Assembly: GCF_006345805.1 (NCBI RefSeq)
Contig: NW_021834977.1
Coordinates: forward strand, 1-43,599
Direction: 5' to 3'
Length of the DNA: 43,599 nt
Source of the DNA: Octopus sinensis
Lineage: Eukaryota
In this document: positions 27,655-39,439 of the stretch, in pieces
How the letters are laid out: the number at the start of each line of letters is the position of its first letter
Position numbering within the stretch: the first letter of the stretch is position 1
The notes under the pieces: model-generated
What the model was told of the DNA's origin: nothing
What the model saw: only the letters and a program-made list of their open reading frames with translations
Database searches by the model: none
Translations under genes and position numbers: made by a program

Positions 27655-27989
27655 GCATTCAATTATATATTGTGTAAATTCGTTTTGTAATGCTTTTGTT
27701 TATTTGCTAAAAACGTTCTGTTACATTTTTCATTTAAGTGTGGAAGGTCGCTTGTTTGACTATGTTCATATTAATATTGTCTGCTTAACCCGGAATATAT
27801 CTTAGACTCGTCCGTAATTATCGAGCTTCCTATTTGATCAGAATTCCGAGATCTTCCTGTTTTGTGGTAAAGGCTTTATCGGCTTTAATAGAGTCATTCA
27901 TTTGCGACCAGACCATTCTGAATTGAAACCAATTGTTCTGCTTTCCAATATTTTCCTTTGCCTCCTAAGTTTTCTTTGCCATTACTTTT

Positions 27990-30061
27990 AGACAGGCAGA
28001 CTGTTTTCTCCAGAGACGGCCTCAAGTAATGTTTTGCGCATGTTCTTAGCTCTCCCACTTCTCGAGGGACGCCTAAATCCAGAGTTCGGTCTGCAGTGGG
28101 ATTAGAAGAACAATTCAAACAACTCGAAAGGGAAAACCGCGACTTACAAAAAGAGCTCGAAAATAATGTTTTGTTCAAAAATCGAATTTTAAAAAGATGT
28201 GCTGAAAACTCTGAACAAAATGCTCTCGACCCTGACAACCCAGTTGGAGGAGTCCACCAAATCTGTCGACAAAAGGTACCCTACTCGGAACCACACAGGA
28301 ACGACAAATTCGAGAACTCGGGACATGTCTCAAGTTGATGACTACGCCGCTCAAAAAAAGTAAATTTTAAATTTATGTTCGGAAACACGCCAAGTGCAAT
28401 CTCTGAGCAACCTCAATCATTCAAACGTTCTAACAGAAAGAGAAGCGTCCAGAAAGAATAAAGTTCAAATTTTGTTTTTATTCCAAGATTCGGTCGTCTT
28501 TCAAAAACGTTTTTGCGTTTAATCGAGGACCAAAGACCTCCGAGCCGTCAGCGGAGTCAGTCGCGCGCGTCCGTTCTAAAATTGCAGGTCGAAGAGTTAT
28601 GTGGCGGATATAAACGAATTGTGCCAACTTTTACGAGAAAAGGAGTTGTATGTCGCAGATTTGCAACTTGAAATTGTCAGCCAAAAAAATTATATAAAAA
28701 ATTTGGAAAAACGTCTCGACAATGTGGAAAAGACGCATCGGACGGAAATGATTTCGAGGCGGAAATCAAGTGATTCCATAAATTACATCAACGACACAAA
28801 AAACGGTAATTCTGAACAAAAAATAATTCCCAAGCAAATTTGAGTGATTCGTTGGATTCCGCGGAAATCATGAGTTCGTTGTACGTGCTCACAAATAACA
28901 AAATTAAAAAAGTATTTAATTAGTTCAATTCCAGAGCTTTGTGGGAATCTATTACTGAGTCACAATGTAAAATGATGTGCCCTGCTGGTCAGCGTAAAGA
29001 AGGTCTTCAAGGCATGGAGCAGTCACTCACTCATAGAACTACCTCAACTCGATGAACTCGAATGTGGGACTCAGTCTCGAGAGCGTCTCCTCCCTCGTCG
29101 TGGAAAAGAAACTGTGGTCGAACGGTACCCTTGCATTTTCGATTGGCAGAGCAGGGCGAACTAGCCGACCCTCCATGTGCCTTTCTGAGGGGGTATTGTG
29201 ATCGGATATACATACTACTCAAAGGCAAACAAACTGGCTCGTTTCCAAGTCGCTTCTTTCGCGATATATGAACGATGTTGTGACTAAAAAGAGACTCGTT
29301 CTTTGTGGAATTCGACTGAGTGGAAAATTCCAAATAGTCCGCCGTCTGGCCGAGCATTTCAGAGACAATTCAAAGTTTGTTTTTTGCAGTTATTGTAGTT
29401 CAACCAATGTGGAAATCCGACAAATTTACACTTCCCCGGAAACAAGTCTTGCAATGTCACTCAACTCGATCGTCGACAACCTGAGGACTCCCTGTACCAT
29501 CATTCTAATAAAAAACGTGGACATGTCGAAGGAAGAGAACGTGAGTCAGCCAATCCGCAAGTTCTTTAGCAGAATACGTAACTCCAAGTGGCATTCTCGT
29601 GTGACCTGTATAGTGTGCTCATCCTGGGTACCTGTCGCAAACACGGAAAACTGGTTAAACAACTGGAATTGGAGTACAACTTCAAAATCCACCACCTGAC
29701 CTCACACATGGAACCCCTGACCAATATTCTCCCGCGGGTGGTCTTCCGTGAAAGTATCAACTCGGAGAATTCCATGAAAAACTGCAGAAGAAACCGACAA
29801 GTTGCTACTTTTTTGGACTCGACGTGGAAGTAGATTGAAGAATTGATTGAGTCACACGGAAACGGGGAGGCGGTGATCGGTCCCTTTTTATTTGTTGATA
29901 TTCCCTATGGCGGGAACGTGGGTGATTGGTTTGTCCTTAAATGGAACGACAGAATAATCCCGCTGTTGAGACAAGCTCTCCACTCCACGCCCTCGACGGA
30001 ACCCTTCGAGTGGGTCATGGAACGGATTCCGTGGAAGGTGACTCGACTGTTGATTAACTGA
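27990..30061 (+). CDS. NAV: Neuron navigator / UNC-53 / sickie-like protein (coiled coils + AAA-like domain), disrupted; 5' end unresolved
   Basis: IRSSFKNVF, LLREKELYVADLQLE, VKKVFK|NYL..MNSNVGLS, PPCAFLRG, LVLCGIRLSGK, YNFK...HMEP, VIGPFLF, WFVLKWNDRIIPLL and WVMERIPW are collinear with NAV proteins. 23-35 nt introns. Two in-frame stops and two apparent 1-nt frameshifts. Confidence 0.8.
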
Positions 30062-30479
30062 CTTGGAAATATTCACAAATAGTCTGTTTTATTCTCCTTT
30101 TAACCGAATTTAATCAAAATATAGTCAAATCAAACACAACAAAGAAAGCAATTTTTCAACTGGAATCAAGTCTTGTCAACGTTGCCCATCCGTGAGTCCT
30201 TCCGGAACGACATAGTTGCAGAAAGGGGATATCCTACCTTCTCTGGTCACATTACTAATTAAAACTCTTTATTATGATAAAACCTTTGCAGGAAACAAAT
30301 GAAGTTTTGCTCGGCGATGAGAATCATCCCCCACCTCCATCTCTTTGCATACAGAAAAAACTGTAATGAGATGTGTGCTTAAAAACATTTGATATATTAC
30401 TTTAAACGGAGTAGTTTTTTTATCTGTCAGACTTTTTTATTAAAATGTCGAAATGCATATAAATATCACATTAATACAA

Positions 30480-30850
30480 AGAAACTAATTAATTGTTTAA
30501 CTAAGTCCCAAGCTTTTGAAGTGAACAGGGAGTGGCCCTTTTTCCTTCTCCTCGTCTCTGGCTCTGTAGACCTCCGAGGATATGCAGTCCAGCGCTCATC
30601 GTTGACTAAATGTCAGGAAAAGACTGGAACCCCAAAGACTGAGGGAACAGTTTAATATCGACTATGAATATGAGATGGTTAGTATGATCGACATTTGTTC
30701 GAATTAGGCAGTGAGGACTCTGCTTGATAGTTCTAGGTACACGACAAACAGCAATATGCTGTCGCTATGTAATGTGCTCTTCTCTAGCATTTGTTGTATT
30801 GTAGATGCACAATAAATCTGTCCATCACAGTTGCAACAAATTTTATAAAC
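30480..30850 (-). mobile_element. Internally deleted non-autonomous derivative of the R4-like element at 37330-38350
   Basis: Shares the 3' end (GAAACTAATTAA...CTAAG...GAAGTGA.CAG...CTGTAGACC..CGAG...TGCAGTCCAGCGC) and RT pieces (ATCGACATTTGTTCGAATT.GGCAGTGAGGACTCT; TGTTGCAACAAATTT) with that copy. Confidence 0.75.
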
Positions 30851-31312
30851 CACTAGCTCGGCAGCTCGCTTCGCTCACCGCGACCTAGCTCCTGCGGAGG
30901 GCCTGTTTCATCAACAACTATAAGTTTATGTAGATGTATAAAACTACCTGGTTTAATGTACCCTATACTATCGCCTGTTGATAAACGATGTTTGTCGTCC
31001 GTCCTTCCTTGGCATATATGACAAATAAAAATAAATAATTTAAAAACAAAAAAATAAAAAAACTTTAAAATTTGTAAAATAGTATAAACCAAAAAAATCT
31101 CTGCCGCCACGGCAACAACTGTCTAATTTTTTAACAGCCAAGTAAGATAATGCTTAAGAGCCTTTATAGTCCGGAGATTTAGCTTAGTGACCTTGATTAG
31201 ACAAACCACTGGCGGAAATGGGGCAGGCGGAGTAGCAGCAGCCAAAAAAGCGACACACAGAAAAGATTTAATAATTACCTTAAGCTGACCGTTTTTTTCT
31301 TTAGCTTCGTTT

Positions 31313-31780
31313 TTCCTCCTTCGGTTATCTATTTAAAAAATTATTTTTGAATAATAAAAAATATTAGGAAAAAAGAGGCATACAGAAAATAAATTCTATC
31401 TTTACGAAAAACTTCTTTTGTTAAGGTCGTCTTCCCTCCTTCGGTTATCTATTGAAAAAATTATTTTTGAATAATAAAAAAGTTTAGGAAAAGAGGCATA
31501 CCGAAAATAAATTCTATCTTTACGAAAAACTTAACTAATAGTTAATATTTTACGCAAATTCTTCTGATTGCGCTGTCAATTGGTGGTAAATTGTGTTATG
31601 ATTGTGCTAATGTGGTTTCAACTATCAAAGTGTTTTTCAAAATCTGTTAATTGCACACTCTATTCAAGGTCGTGCGTCAATTTGTGGTAAATTGTGTTAA
31701 TGATTGTGCTATGTGGTTTCAACTATCAAAGTGGTTTTTCAAAATCTGTTAATTGCACACTCTATTCAAAGTCGTGCAAT
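31313..31780. repeat. Two local tandem duplications (period 120 bp at about 31313-31532; period about 100 bp at about 31576-31780)
   Basis: TCGGTTATCT at 31321 and 31441; GTCAATT.GTGGTAAATTGTG at about 31576 and 31677. Confidence 0.9.
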
Positions 31781-31985
31781 CTGTGATTGCACATTCTGTC
31801 AAAGTCAATATGATAATAGCTTAAATTTGATTCATGGTCGATAATGATATATGCATTTAATTTTAAAGAGAAAATCATAGGATGAATTGAATTTCTTTAT
31901 TACGAATAATTGGGAGTTCATCATTGTTAATATTCTCGCTGTCGTTTTCATCAAGGATATTCTTAATACGTGAGATTTTTGCCTC

Positions 31986-32406
31986 GAAGGTTTTAATGGA
32001 CCTCATCATGTAAGTCGAGGACATCGTAGTTGTTCATTTTAACCAAAATGCAGAAATTTTTTTTTAATTTTTTTTGGGGGGAAGGTTTTAAGGACTTCAT
32101 CATGTAAGTCGATGACATTGTAGTTGTTCATTTTAACCAAAATGCAGAAAATTTTTTTTTAATTTTTTGGGGGGAAGGTTTTAAGGACCTCATCATGTAA
32201 GTCGAGGACATCGTAGTTGTTCATTTTAACCAAAATGCAGAAAATTTTTTTTTAATTTTTTTTTGGGGGGAAGGTTTTAAGGACTTCATCATGTAAGTCG
32301 AGGACATCGTAGTTGTTCATTTTGACCAAAACGCAGAAAAATTTTTTTTTATTTTTTTTGGGGGGAAGGTTTTAAGGACCTCATCATGTAAGTCGAGGAC
32401 ATCGTA
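31986..32406. repeat. Minisatellite, about 94-bp unit x about 4.4
   Basis: GGAC(C/T)TCATCATGTAAGTCGA starts at 31998, 32092, 32185, 32281 and 32376. Confidence 0.95.
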
Positions 32407-32429
32407 TTGCCAATTGAAGTTGGTGTGCA

Positions 32430-32490
32430 CACACAGACAGACAGACAGACACACAGACAGACACACAGACAGACAGACAGACAGACACAC
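32430..32490. repeat. (CAGA)n/(CA)n microsatellite
   Basis: Directly visible. Confidence 0.9.
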
Positions 32491-33721
32491 ACCATACCAT
32501 TTTATTATTATAAACCACAAAGAAGAAAGTTGAGGACTGGAAGAGAAAATTGGAACTTGTTCAAAAGCACTTTGAGCGTAGAGTACAGATGAAGAGAAAA
32601 AATCACCTATGATATTCTCAGGTCGCTGAGTTACAAAAAATCAAAAAAGGGAAAGAAAGAATTATGTCGCAAATCGAAGACACTATAAAAATATTAGAAA
32701 AGAAAATTACTGTGTATGAGTTCAGAAGGGAATTCAACCACGACAACCGCTCTTTCGAATTATATCAAGAGCGTTCTACAGATCTTTGGACCCTGCTGAT
32801 CATTTATCATCTAGCATGTTACCCAAATAAGTGTTTTAATTTTTGGAAAGATATTTGGTCTAAAAGAACCAATATCTGTCAAAATGAGAAAATGAACTTG
32901 CCAGTCAGACAAACTGGGCAGAATCTGATATATTCTCTGTTAGTCAAGAACTTTTCGAAGATGTTATAAAATATCTTCCAAATTGGAGATCCTGTGGCTG
33001 CGACGGGGTGTATAATTTTTTCATTTAACATTTCGAATCTTTACATCCGTATATCTATACTGAAGTCTTAAAAATTTGTAAAGAAGAGTACATACCGAAC
33101 AATTGGTTTTACACTGGGATTACTTACCTCATCCCAAAGAAGCCTAACTCGAATCTGCCAAAAGACCTCAGACCCATAACATGCTGCCAAACCTGTATAA
33201 AGTTCTCACTAAATACGTAACTGTGAAATTAACAAATTATTAGGAATATTATTCGCATGTTTCGGATAATCAAGTGGAAGCTGAAGCTCAATCTGAACAA
33301 AAAATAATCGAAGAAATTTGAATAAAGTTCGGGACCCTACAGGGAGATGCTTTATCTCTACAGTTATTACGCTTGTAATGGACCCATTGAGCCGATGAGA
33401 TGATGGAAAAATAAGTGCAGAGATCAAAGCACGTATAAAGAGACTAACAGGCACGAAACTGAATGGTATTAATCTCTTTAAAGCTTTGAATGAGCACGCT
33501 TTGTCCCTTTACAATTATTACTGAGACCTGCAAATTGTCAAAGATAATATCTCCCTCGTACATACCTTGGAACAGGATTGGAATTAATATCGATGAAGAG
33601 CGAAAGAATGTTACTGGAATTATATACTGACATAAAAAAAATCGGTAGGCTGTCTGAGAAAGGCTGGTATTCTGCGGACTGAACATTTAATGAAAACCCA
33701 TTTGGACACCATCGCAGACTA

Positions 33722-36143
33722 CAGTAAACATCGGTTAATTGCATAAATCGGTTAATGGCATAAATTCATGTTTAAAACCATAACTTATATGGCTTCCATT
33801 GAAAAATATCGGCTAATTGCATATCGGTTAATTGCATAAATCGGTTAATTGCATACAGTGAATCCTCGCAAATTGGCCACCTCGCAAATTGGCCAATTTT
33901 TAAATTGGCCAATTTTTTCACCATTTACTAAGAAAAAAATTAATTTTCTTAGTAAATTGGCCAATTCTCAAATTGGCCACAATTTTTGAATTATTATTTT
34001 TTTTAATTAGAATAAACTATTTTTTTTAATCACATGTCTTATAAAATTTCTCGTGGACGTTATACTCGGCTCACTTTTCTTGAAAAAACACAAATTATAA
34101 ACTACAAGGAAGAAAATGACAGTGTTTCGTGTCAGCTTCTGGCTGACAGATTCTCACATTTATTCCACAAGACGATCTCGAGAAAGACGATCAATAATCT
34201 ACTGCTTAATAAAGACTCTATTTTACGGGATTCGAAAATCTATCAAAATTCGTATAAGAAAATTTTATTGCTATAGACCACTGTCCTGCACATTCTATTC
34301 CTCAAAACTTGGATTGTATTAAGATTTTATTTTTTCCTAAAAATTCTACTGGATTACTACAACCAATGGATATGGAATTATAAAAACCTTCAAGACTCAT
34401 TTCATGAGAAGAAAGCTACAGTACTTAACTGATTTGCTGGAGACTGAAAATATTCTGTATACAATTCATACAAAAAATGACATTAAAAGATGCAATTTTG
34501 TTTGTTAATATGGCTTGGGATGACGTATCTACTGAAACTATTCAAAATTGTTTTAAGATTTAAATGAATCTAATCACGAAAATACATTAATTGAACATTA
34601 TGAGACTGAAATTGAAAGAACTGACATTTTCGATCCTCTAATGAGCGAAGATTTTCTAAATATCGAAAACACAGAAGATCAAGATATAAACGAAAATTGT
34701 TTACAAGAGGATCAAGAGTCTGAAATTAGCGACGAAGAGACAAAAATCATATATCCACTCGATAGAAAAGATATTGCAAAGACATTAACTAGAATAGAAA
34801 GGCACTTTACTGTAATGCAGAAAATGAGAATGATGTTTCGCTGATTACTGCAATAGAAAATACAAAGAAAATGTAAAAAAGAAATAAAAAGGAATTAGGG
34901 ATTGAATTTTATTTTAATAAAATTTAAACGTGTTTATTTTATTTTTTAAATATTGATTTTTTTCAAATTGCCATTTTCTCAAATTGGCCATAAATCTCTA
35001 TGTACCAAAAATGGCCAATTTGCGAGGATTCACTGTACTCTCATTGGGAACATTTACTATTTTTTCTTATAAAAATTTTCGCATAATTGCATAATTATAA
35101 TTTGTTTACGGGGAGACCCACGCGAGTCCAATTGGCTTTTCGAAAGGATTTCCTTGGCCATAGTACGTGGAAACTGTGTTTCCATTTACGATGCCGGGAA
35201 TTTAGTTAGTTATAACTATTTGTTAATTACATATAACTTCACTAAAAAAAAAAAAAATTTGTAATTTTAAAATTTAATTATCTTCGTTACGTCGTGATCT
35301 TACACTTTCTCAAAAATTGGAAATAATCAATTTGTTTATTCAAGGAGGTCAAACTTAATCAGCTCTATCTGCAAGATTCAACTGTTCTCAGTCTCAAGTC
35401 TCACGGATTTTGAAGAATAGAGAAGAAATTATGCTATTGGCTGAATCTAATTGCACCAATTTGAGTCGAAAAAGACGACGCAGATTGGCATTTTTACAAA
35501 GAGTGATTGCCGTAATTGATTCAGACGATGCCTGTCTCAAATCCGTTGTGAATTCTATCACTCTTTTGGATGCGCTACACATGCTCAAAATGGCTTGGAG
35601 GGAAGTCAAAATAGCAACAATTTACAACTGTTTCCGTAAGGCTGGATTCCATGAGGAAGTGGGGGAAAATATGTTTAGTGACATTGAATGTGACGAAATA
35701 ACGATGGATGTTGCTAATGAGGATGAAGAATGTATCGGAATCATGTCGATGAAGAAATATGTTTAATGTCAAGAGATATTTCTTGTGAAGACGATGAGGA
35801 CGATGAAGATCCCATACCCGTGAAAACAACCAGTTCGGAAGCTATGGGTGCATGCAGATTAATACGCCAGTTTCTTACTAACAGCGATTTAACAAGTGAA
35901 ATGGATATGGACAACTTCCATGAACTAGAAAAAAGCGTCCTACGCCTTTGCCAGAAGACTAGACAGTCCAAAATTAATGATTTTTTTAAACGTTTTTGAT
36001 TATTTTCTTTTCCTGACTATTAAAAAAATTATTGATTTTTATTAAAACATCGGTTAATTGCATATATCGGTTAATTGCATATATCGGTTAATTGCATAAG
36101 ATTTTCCGTGGACAAATGTTATGCAATTAACCGATGTTTACTG
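33722..36143 (+). mobile_element. pogo/Tigger DNA transposon (outer), deleted transposase
   Basis: Perfect 25-bp TIRs CAGTAAACATCGGTTAATTGCATAA; TA TSD on both sides; repeated ATCGGTTAATTGCAT subterminal motifs; LDALHMLKMAWREVKIATIYNCFRKAGF (35410-35766). Confidence 0.93.
33856..35035 (+). mobile_element. pogo/Tigger DNA transposon (inner, different family), deleted transposase
   Basis: Perfect 24-bp TIRs CAGTGAATCCTCGCAAATTGGCCA; TA TSD; AAATTGGCCA subterminal repeats; CENP-B-type HTH (RLTFLEKTQII...ISRKTINNLL) and PKNSTGLLQPMD motif. Confidence 0.93.
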
Positions 36144-36469
36144 TACTTAAAGCATAAATACACCAAATATAACAATGAAATCAACATAAAAAATTTAAAG
36201 GAAATTCAACTCAAATACCTTCTTGATATAATCGAAACGAAAAGTTCAAATTCATCACTTTACAAATGCAACAAAAACATTCATTTCGATATTAAAGAAT
36301 CTTCATTGTGGTTGCAGGAAGGCAATATATTCCCAAGTAGTGAGGGTCTATATAGCTTACTGGAAGTTAGAAATCTGTTCTGTCAGCACGAGATGTAAAT
36401 TTTCCGGAAAAACTCCACAAATACGACCTACTTGCAAGTGAGATCAGACTGTTGCATAGTGCCAAAGTA

Positions 36470-37112
36470 CAAATTTTTAATAATTACGAATTAACACTTA
36501 AAACAAACGACGTGCGCCCTTGTAATAAAAAAGAAGTAAATTTACAAAAATTGCCATATCAATTTCTCATTAAAAATTTAAACAAAAAGTGTCCGTATCT
36601 CATGTGGATTGGGATGTCGAATTCGTTTCGAATTACCAATCCAACCGAACTTGCAAGAATGTAGAGGGGTTGAAAGACAACTCTAAGATGACGGTTGACA
36701 AGTTCAACCGCGTCATAAGGTTGTATTACAACAACCCCAGGATCTTAAAAAGAGAAAAAACACAAAAAAATACATACACCTTTTATGAAGATATTTGGTC
36801 AAAAGATATCCCTTGGCAATCATTGAGGAATGTACACCTACTTACTCGAATGCATATGAGCCCCCACTTAATTATGACCTCATGCAATCACATTTTGGGG
36901 AATATGAGGCCCCACACACTGAAAATCAAAGCAACTTTCCGCAGTGGAGTTATGAAGAACGTCTCTTTCAGCAATATTACAAAGCAAGTTTCAAAATATG
37001 GCAAGACAAAATTACTTCTCACGTGAAAAATCCGAGGATCTCAAATACTCAACAAAAACTTGAGAAAATTGTATCAGTACCATCACTGTTCATAATGTTT
37101 ATCAGAATTTAA
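36470..37112 (+). pseudogene. ETS-domain gene, pseudogenised paralogue
   Basis: Homologous to 38360-38928 but lacks the TATA/ATG segment; has ATG TAG plus a 1-nt deletion at about 36660 and a further frameshift. Retains YQFLIKNL and KMTVDKFNRVIRLYY. Confidence 0.75.
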
Positions 37113-37329
37113 AAATGTCTTCATATCAATTGTTTTAGAAAAAGAAAAGATTTGAAGAACCAATAAACATAAGAATAATGAGTAGTAATAAATAAAGAAT
37201 GAAAATAATTCACCATAATGAAAAAATATTTACAAATTAAATAACAACTGCTACACCACAAAAATACAAATAAAAGTACACGTGTGAACGTATGCAGAAT
37301 TAATTTTGTTTTATTAATTTATATTGATA

Positions 37330-38350
37330 AAAAAAGAAACTAATTAACTAAGTGATTTTTATAGCTAAGTCCAGAGCCTTCGAAGTGAGCAGAGGGTGGC
37401 ACTGCACACATTTCCTTCCCTCCTTCCTCCTCTTCTCTGGCACTGTAGACCTTCGAGAAGGTGCAGTCCAGCGCCTTTCGCTGACTAAACGTGATGGAGA
37501 GGACGACATTCCAGATCCTCAATATCCTCAAAATGGGAGTGGTGGATGTTGTCGAGTCTTTTACTCACGTATTCGAATAGTTGTATTGCACAATTTCAAA
37601 TTGATTTGCAAAATGTTAGAATGGACGGATGACCTCGACTTGAGAGTAGGTATTGTCTAATTGGTAGATTGTGATCATTTCCTTAAAAAGCAGATCTACA
37701 ACATCCCCAGCAACAACGGAAGGGACAAGTTAATAAATCACATAACAGCCACAATCCACACTTCTTTCCCAGAAATCGAGGACTTTTACAAGGACTTTGC
37801 CACCCTCGGGTCGGTGGTGAATGACTGTGGTTTGTTGGATTTGTGGTATCTCAGGACTGCAGCAATTTTTGTGATTCTCTCGGAGTAATCTTCGGACAAT
37901 AAGGTCCATTTCATCACTCGGCTCCAATTCGATCAGACCAACCTATCGCGTACTCGCAATGAGATGGCGTACTCGCCTTCATGAAACCTTTCAAGACTTT
38001 GCCCATCGAGTGGAGGATCTCTGAAGACCGAGCGGACAGTTTAATGTCGTCTATGAACATGAGATGGTTGGTGCTAAAACATCCTCCTTCATGTTCGATC
38101 GACATTTGTTCGAATTGGGCAGTGAGGACTCTACTCAGCGGTTCTAGGCAGAGGACAAACAGCAGCAGAGACATGCTGTCGACCTGTAATATGCCCCTCT
38201 TCAGCTTCACCTCGCCTATATCGCATTTGTTGTAATGTAGATGCACGTTCCACCTGTCCATCACTGTTGCAACAAATTTGAGAAAACCATGGAGGCAACT
38301 TAAGCCTTCGCAGACACTCAACGAGGTAGGCATTACCACAGAGAGCATGT
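37330..38350 (-). mobile_element. R4/Dong-like retroelement fragment (RT + 3' end)
   Basis: LKRGILQVDSMSLLLFVLCLEPLSR, TNHLMFIDDIKL; 3' end shared with the copies at about 30.5 and 42.3 kb. Confidence 0.85.
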
Positions 38351-38469
38351 GTAAATTCATTTATATTTAATGATTACGAATTTACCTTCAAAACAAACCG
38401 GAATTGACGCCGTTTTAATAAAAAAGACGTAAATTCGCAAAAATTGCCGTAATTTACGTCTCCACGAAC

Positions 38470-38480
38470 AATATAAATAC
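38470..38480 (+). promoter_or_regulatory. Candidate TATA box (TATAAATA) upstream of the ETS gene
   Basis: TATAAATA at 38472-38479, about 45 bp before the ATG at 38519; deleted in the pseudogene copy. Confidence 0.3.
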
Positions 38481-38518
38481 GTGCTGTGCGTTCTGCGGAT
38501 GACAATTACTACTTGGAA

Positions 38519-38928
38519 ATGAAGACTTGTTTATATCAATTTCTTATTGAAAACCTAAACAAGAAGTTTCCGTATCTCACGTGGATTGGGATGTCGAATT
38601 CGTTTCGCATCACCAATCCACAAGAATTTGCAAGAATGTGGGGGGAGTTGAAAAACAACCCTAAGATGACGGTTGACAAGTTCAACCGCGTCTTAAGGTT
38701 GTATTACAACAATCCCAGGATCTTAAAAAGAGAAAAAACACAAAAAATACATATACTTTTTATCATGATGTCCCTTGGGAATCCACTGAAGAATATACAC
38801 CTTACTACTCGAATGCATATGAGCTCCCACTGACAGAAAATCAAAACCACTTTGGGGAGTGGAGTTACGAAGAACGCCTCTTTCCGCAATATTATGATGA
38901 TCTTTCAAATTATAACTTCTTTTATTAA
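38519..38928 (+). CDS. Divergent single-exon ETS-domain transcription factor (about 136 aa after one homopolymer correction)
   Basis: LYQFLIENL...YLTWI...FRITNPQEFARMWGELKNNPKMTVDKFNRVLRLYY matches the ETS consensus LWQFL...W...F...P..VA..WG.RKN.P.M.YEKLSR.LRYYY. One A appears missing at about 38747 relative to the paralogue. Confidence 0.8.
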
Positions 38929-39439
38929 TATTCTTTATTTTTTAAATAAAATTTCTACATATTAATTGTTACATTTATACACAAAAGTAAATATTAGGTC
39001 AAGAAAGTAATTATCGATTGTTTATCGAGTTCCTAATCATCGATTTTTTTGCTTAGATCTGACCCCAGTTTATTGATTATTGAATTTTTTATTGATTTTG
39101 ATTTTTTAAATTTGTTAATACACAAATATAAAAGTTGTAGTTGTTAATTAATTAAACTTTGTTAAATTGCTTTAAAACAAAAACATTTTTCTGACTGGTT
39201 TGTTCCCACAGTTATAATAAATAGAAATCTAATCAACTAATTAAGTCCTAATGCACACCTTAGTGTTCATATATTAAAAAAACTTCTATCCTGGAGATAT
39301 GAGAATAACACATCTGTTCGGGGCAAAGTTATTCCCATAGTTTAGCCTCTCTGATGATACGTTTATGTGCGGTTTGTTTAAATTGTTAAATCTTATACGG
39401 AATATTTAAGTTGATGTTTTTATTAGGGATTTTTGAGGT

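Larger units (their letters stand above)
30853..32514 (-). mobile_element. Putative non-autonomous Helitron-like element containing tandem arrays
   Basis: Minus-strand start TTTATAATAATAAAATGG followed by (TCTG)n; minus-strand end GGTGAGCGAAGCGAGC hairpin-like motif then CTAG|T; no TSD. The 5' end is TT rather than canonical TC. Confidence 0.5.
32600..36460 (+). mobile_element. Internally deleted R4/Dong-like retroelement (32600-33719 + 36146-36460) split by the pogo insertion
   Basis: Left part: KKITVYEFRREFNHDNRSFELYQ, WFYTGITYLIPKK...DLRPIT, RIKRLTGTKLNGINLFKALNEHAL. Right part: SSLWLQEGNIFPSSEG...RNLF and DLLASE. Confidence 0.75.

Noticed and set aside
30100-30400. Possible minus-strand exon pair with a 30-nt intron
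   Set aside because: No recognisable product, and the frame is ambiguous.
30520-30660. Recurrent GC-richer motif (also 37370-37540, 42300-42420) as a ribozyme or ncRNA
   Set aside because: Explained as the ORF end and 3' UTR of the R4-like element; I could not fold a hammerhead or HDV core.
31986-32406. CRISPR-like array
   Set aside because: Whole units repeat with no unique spacers, there are no cas genes, and the context is eukaryotic.
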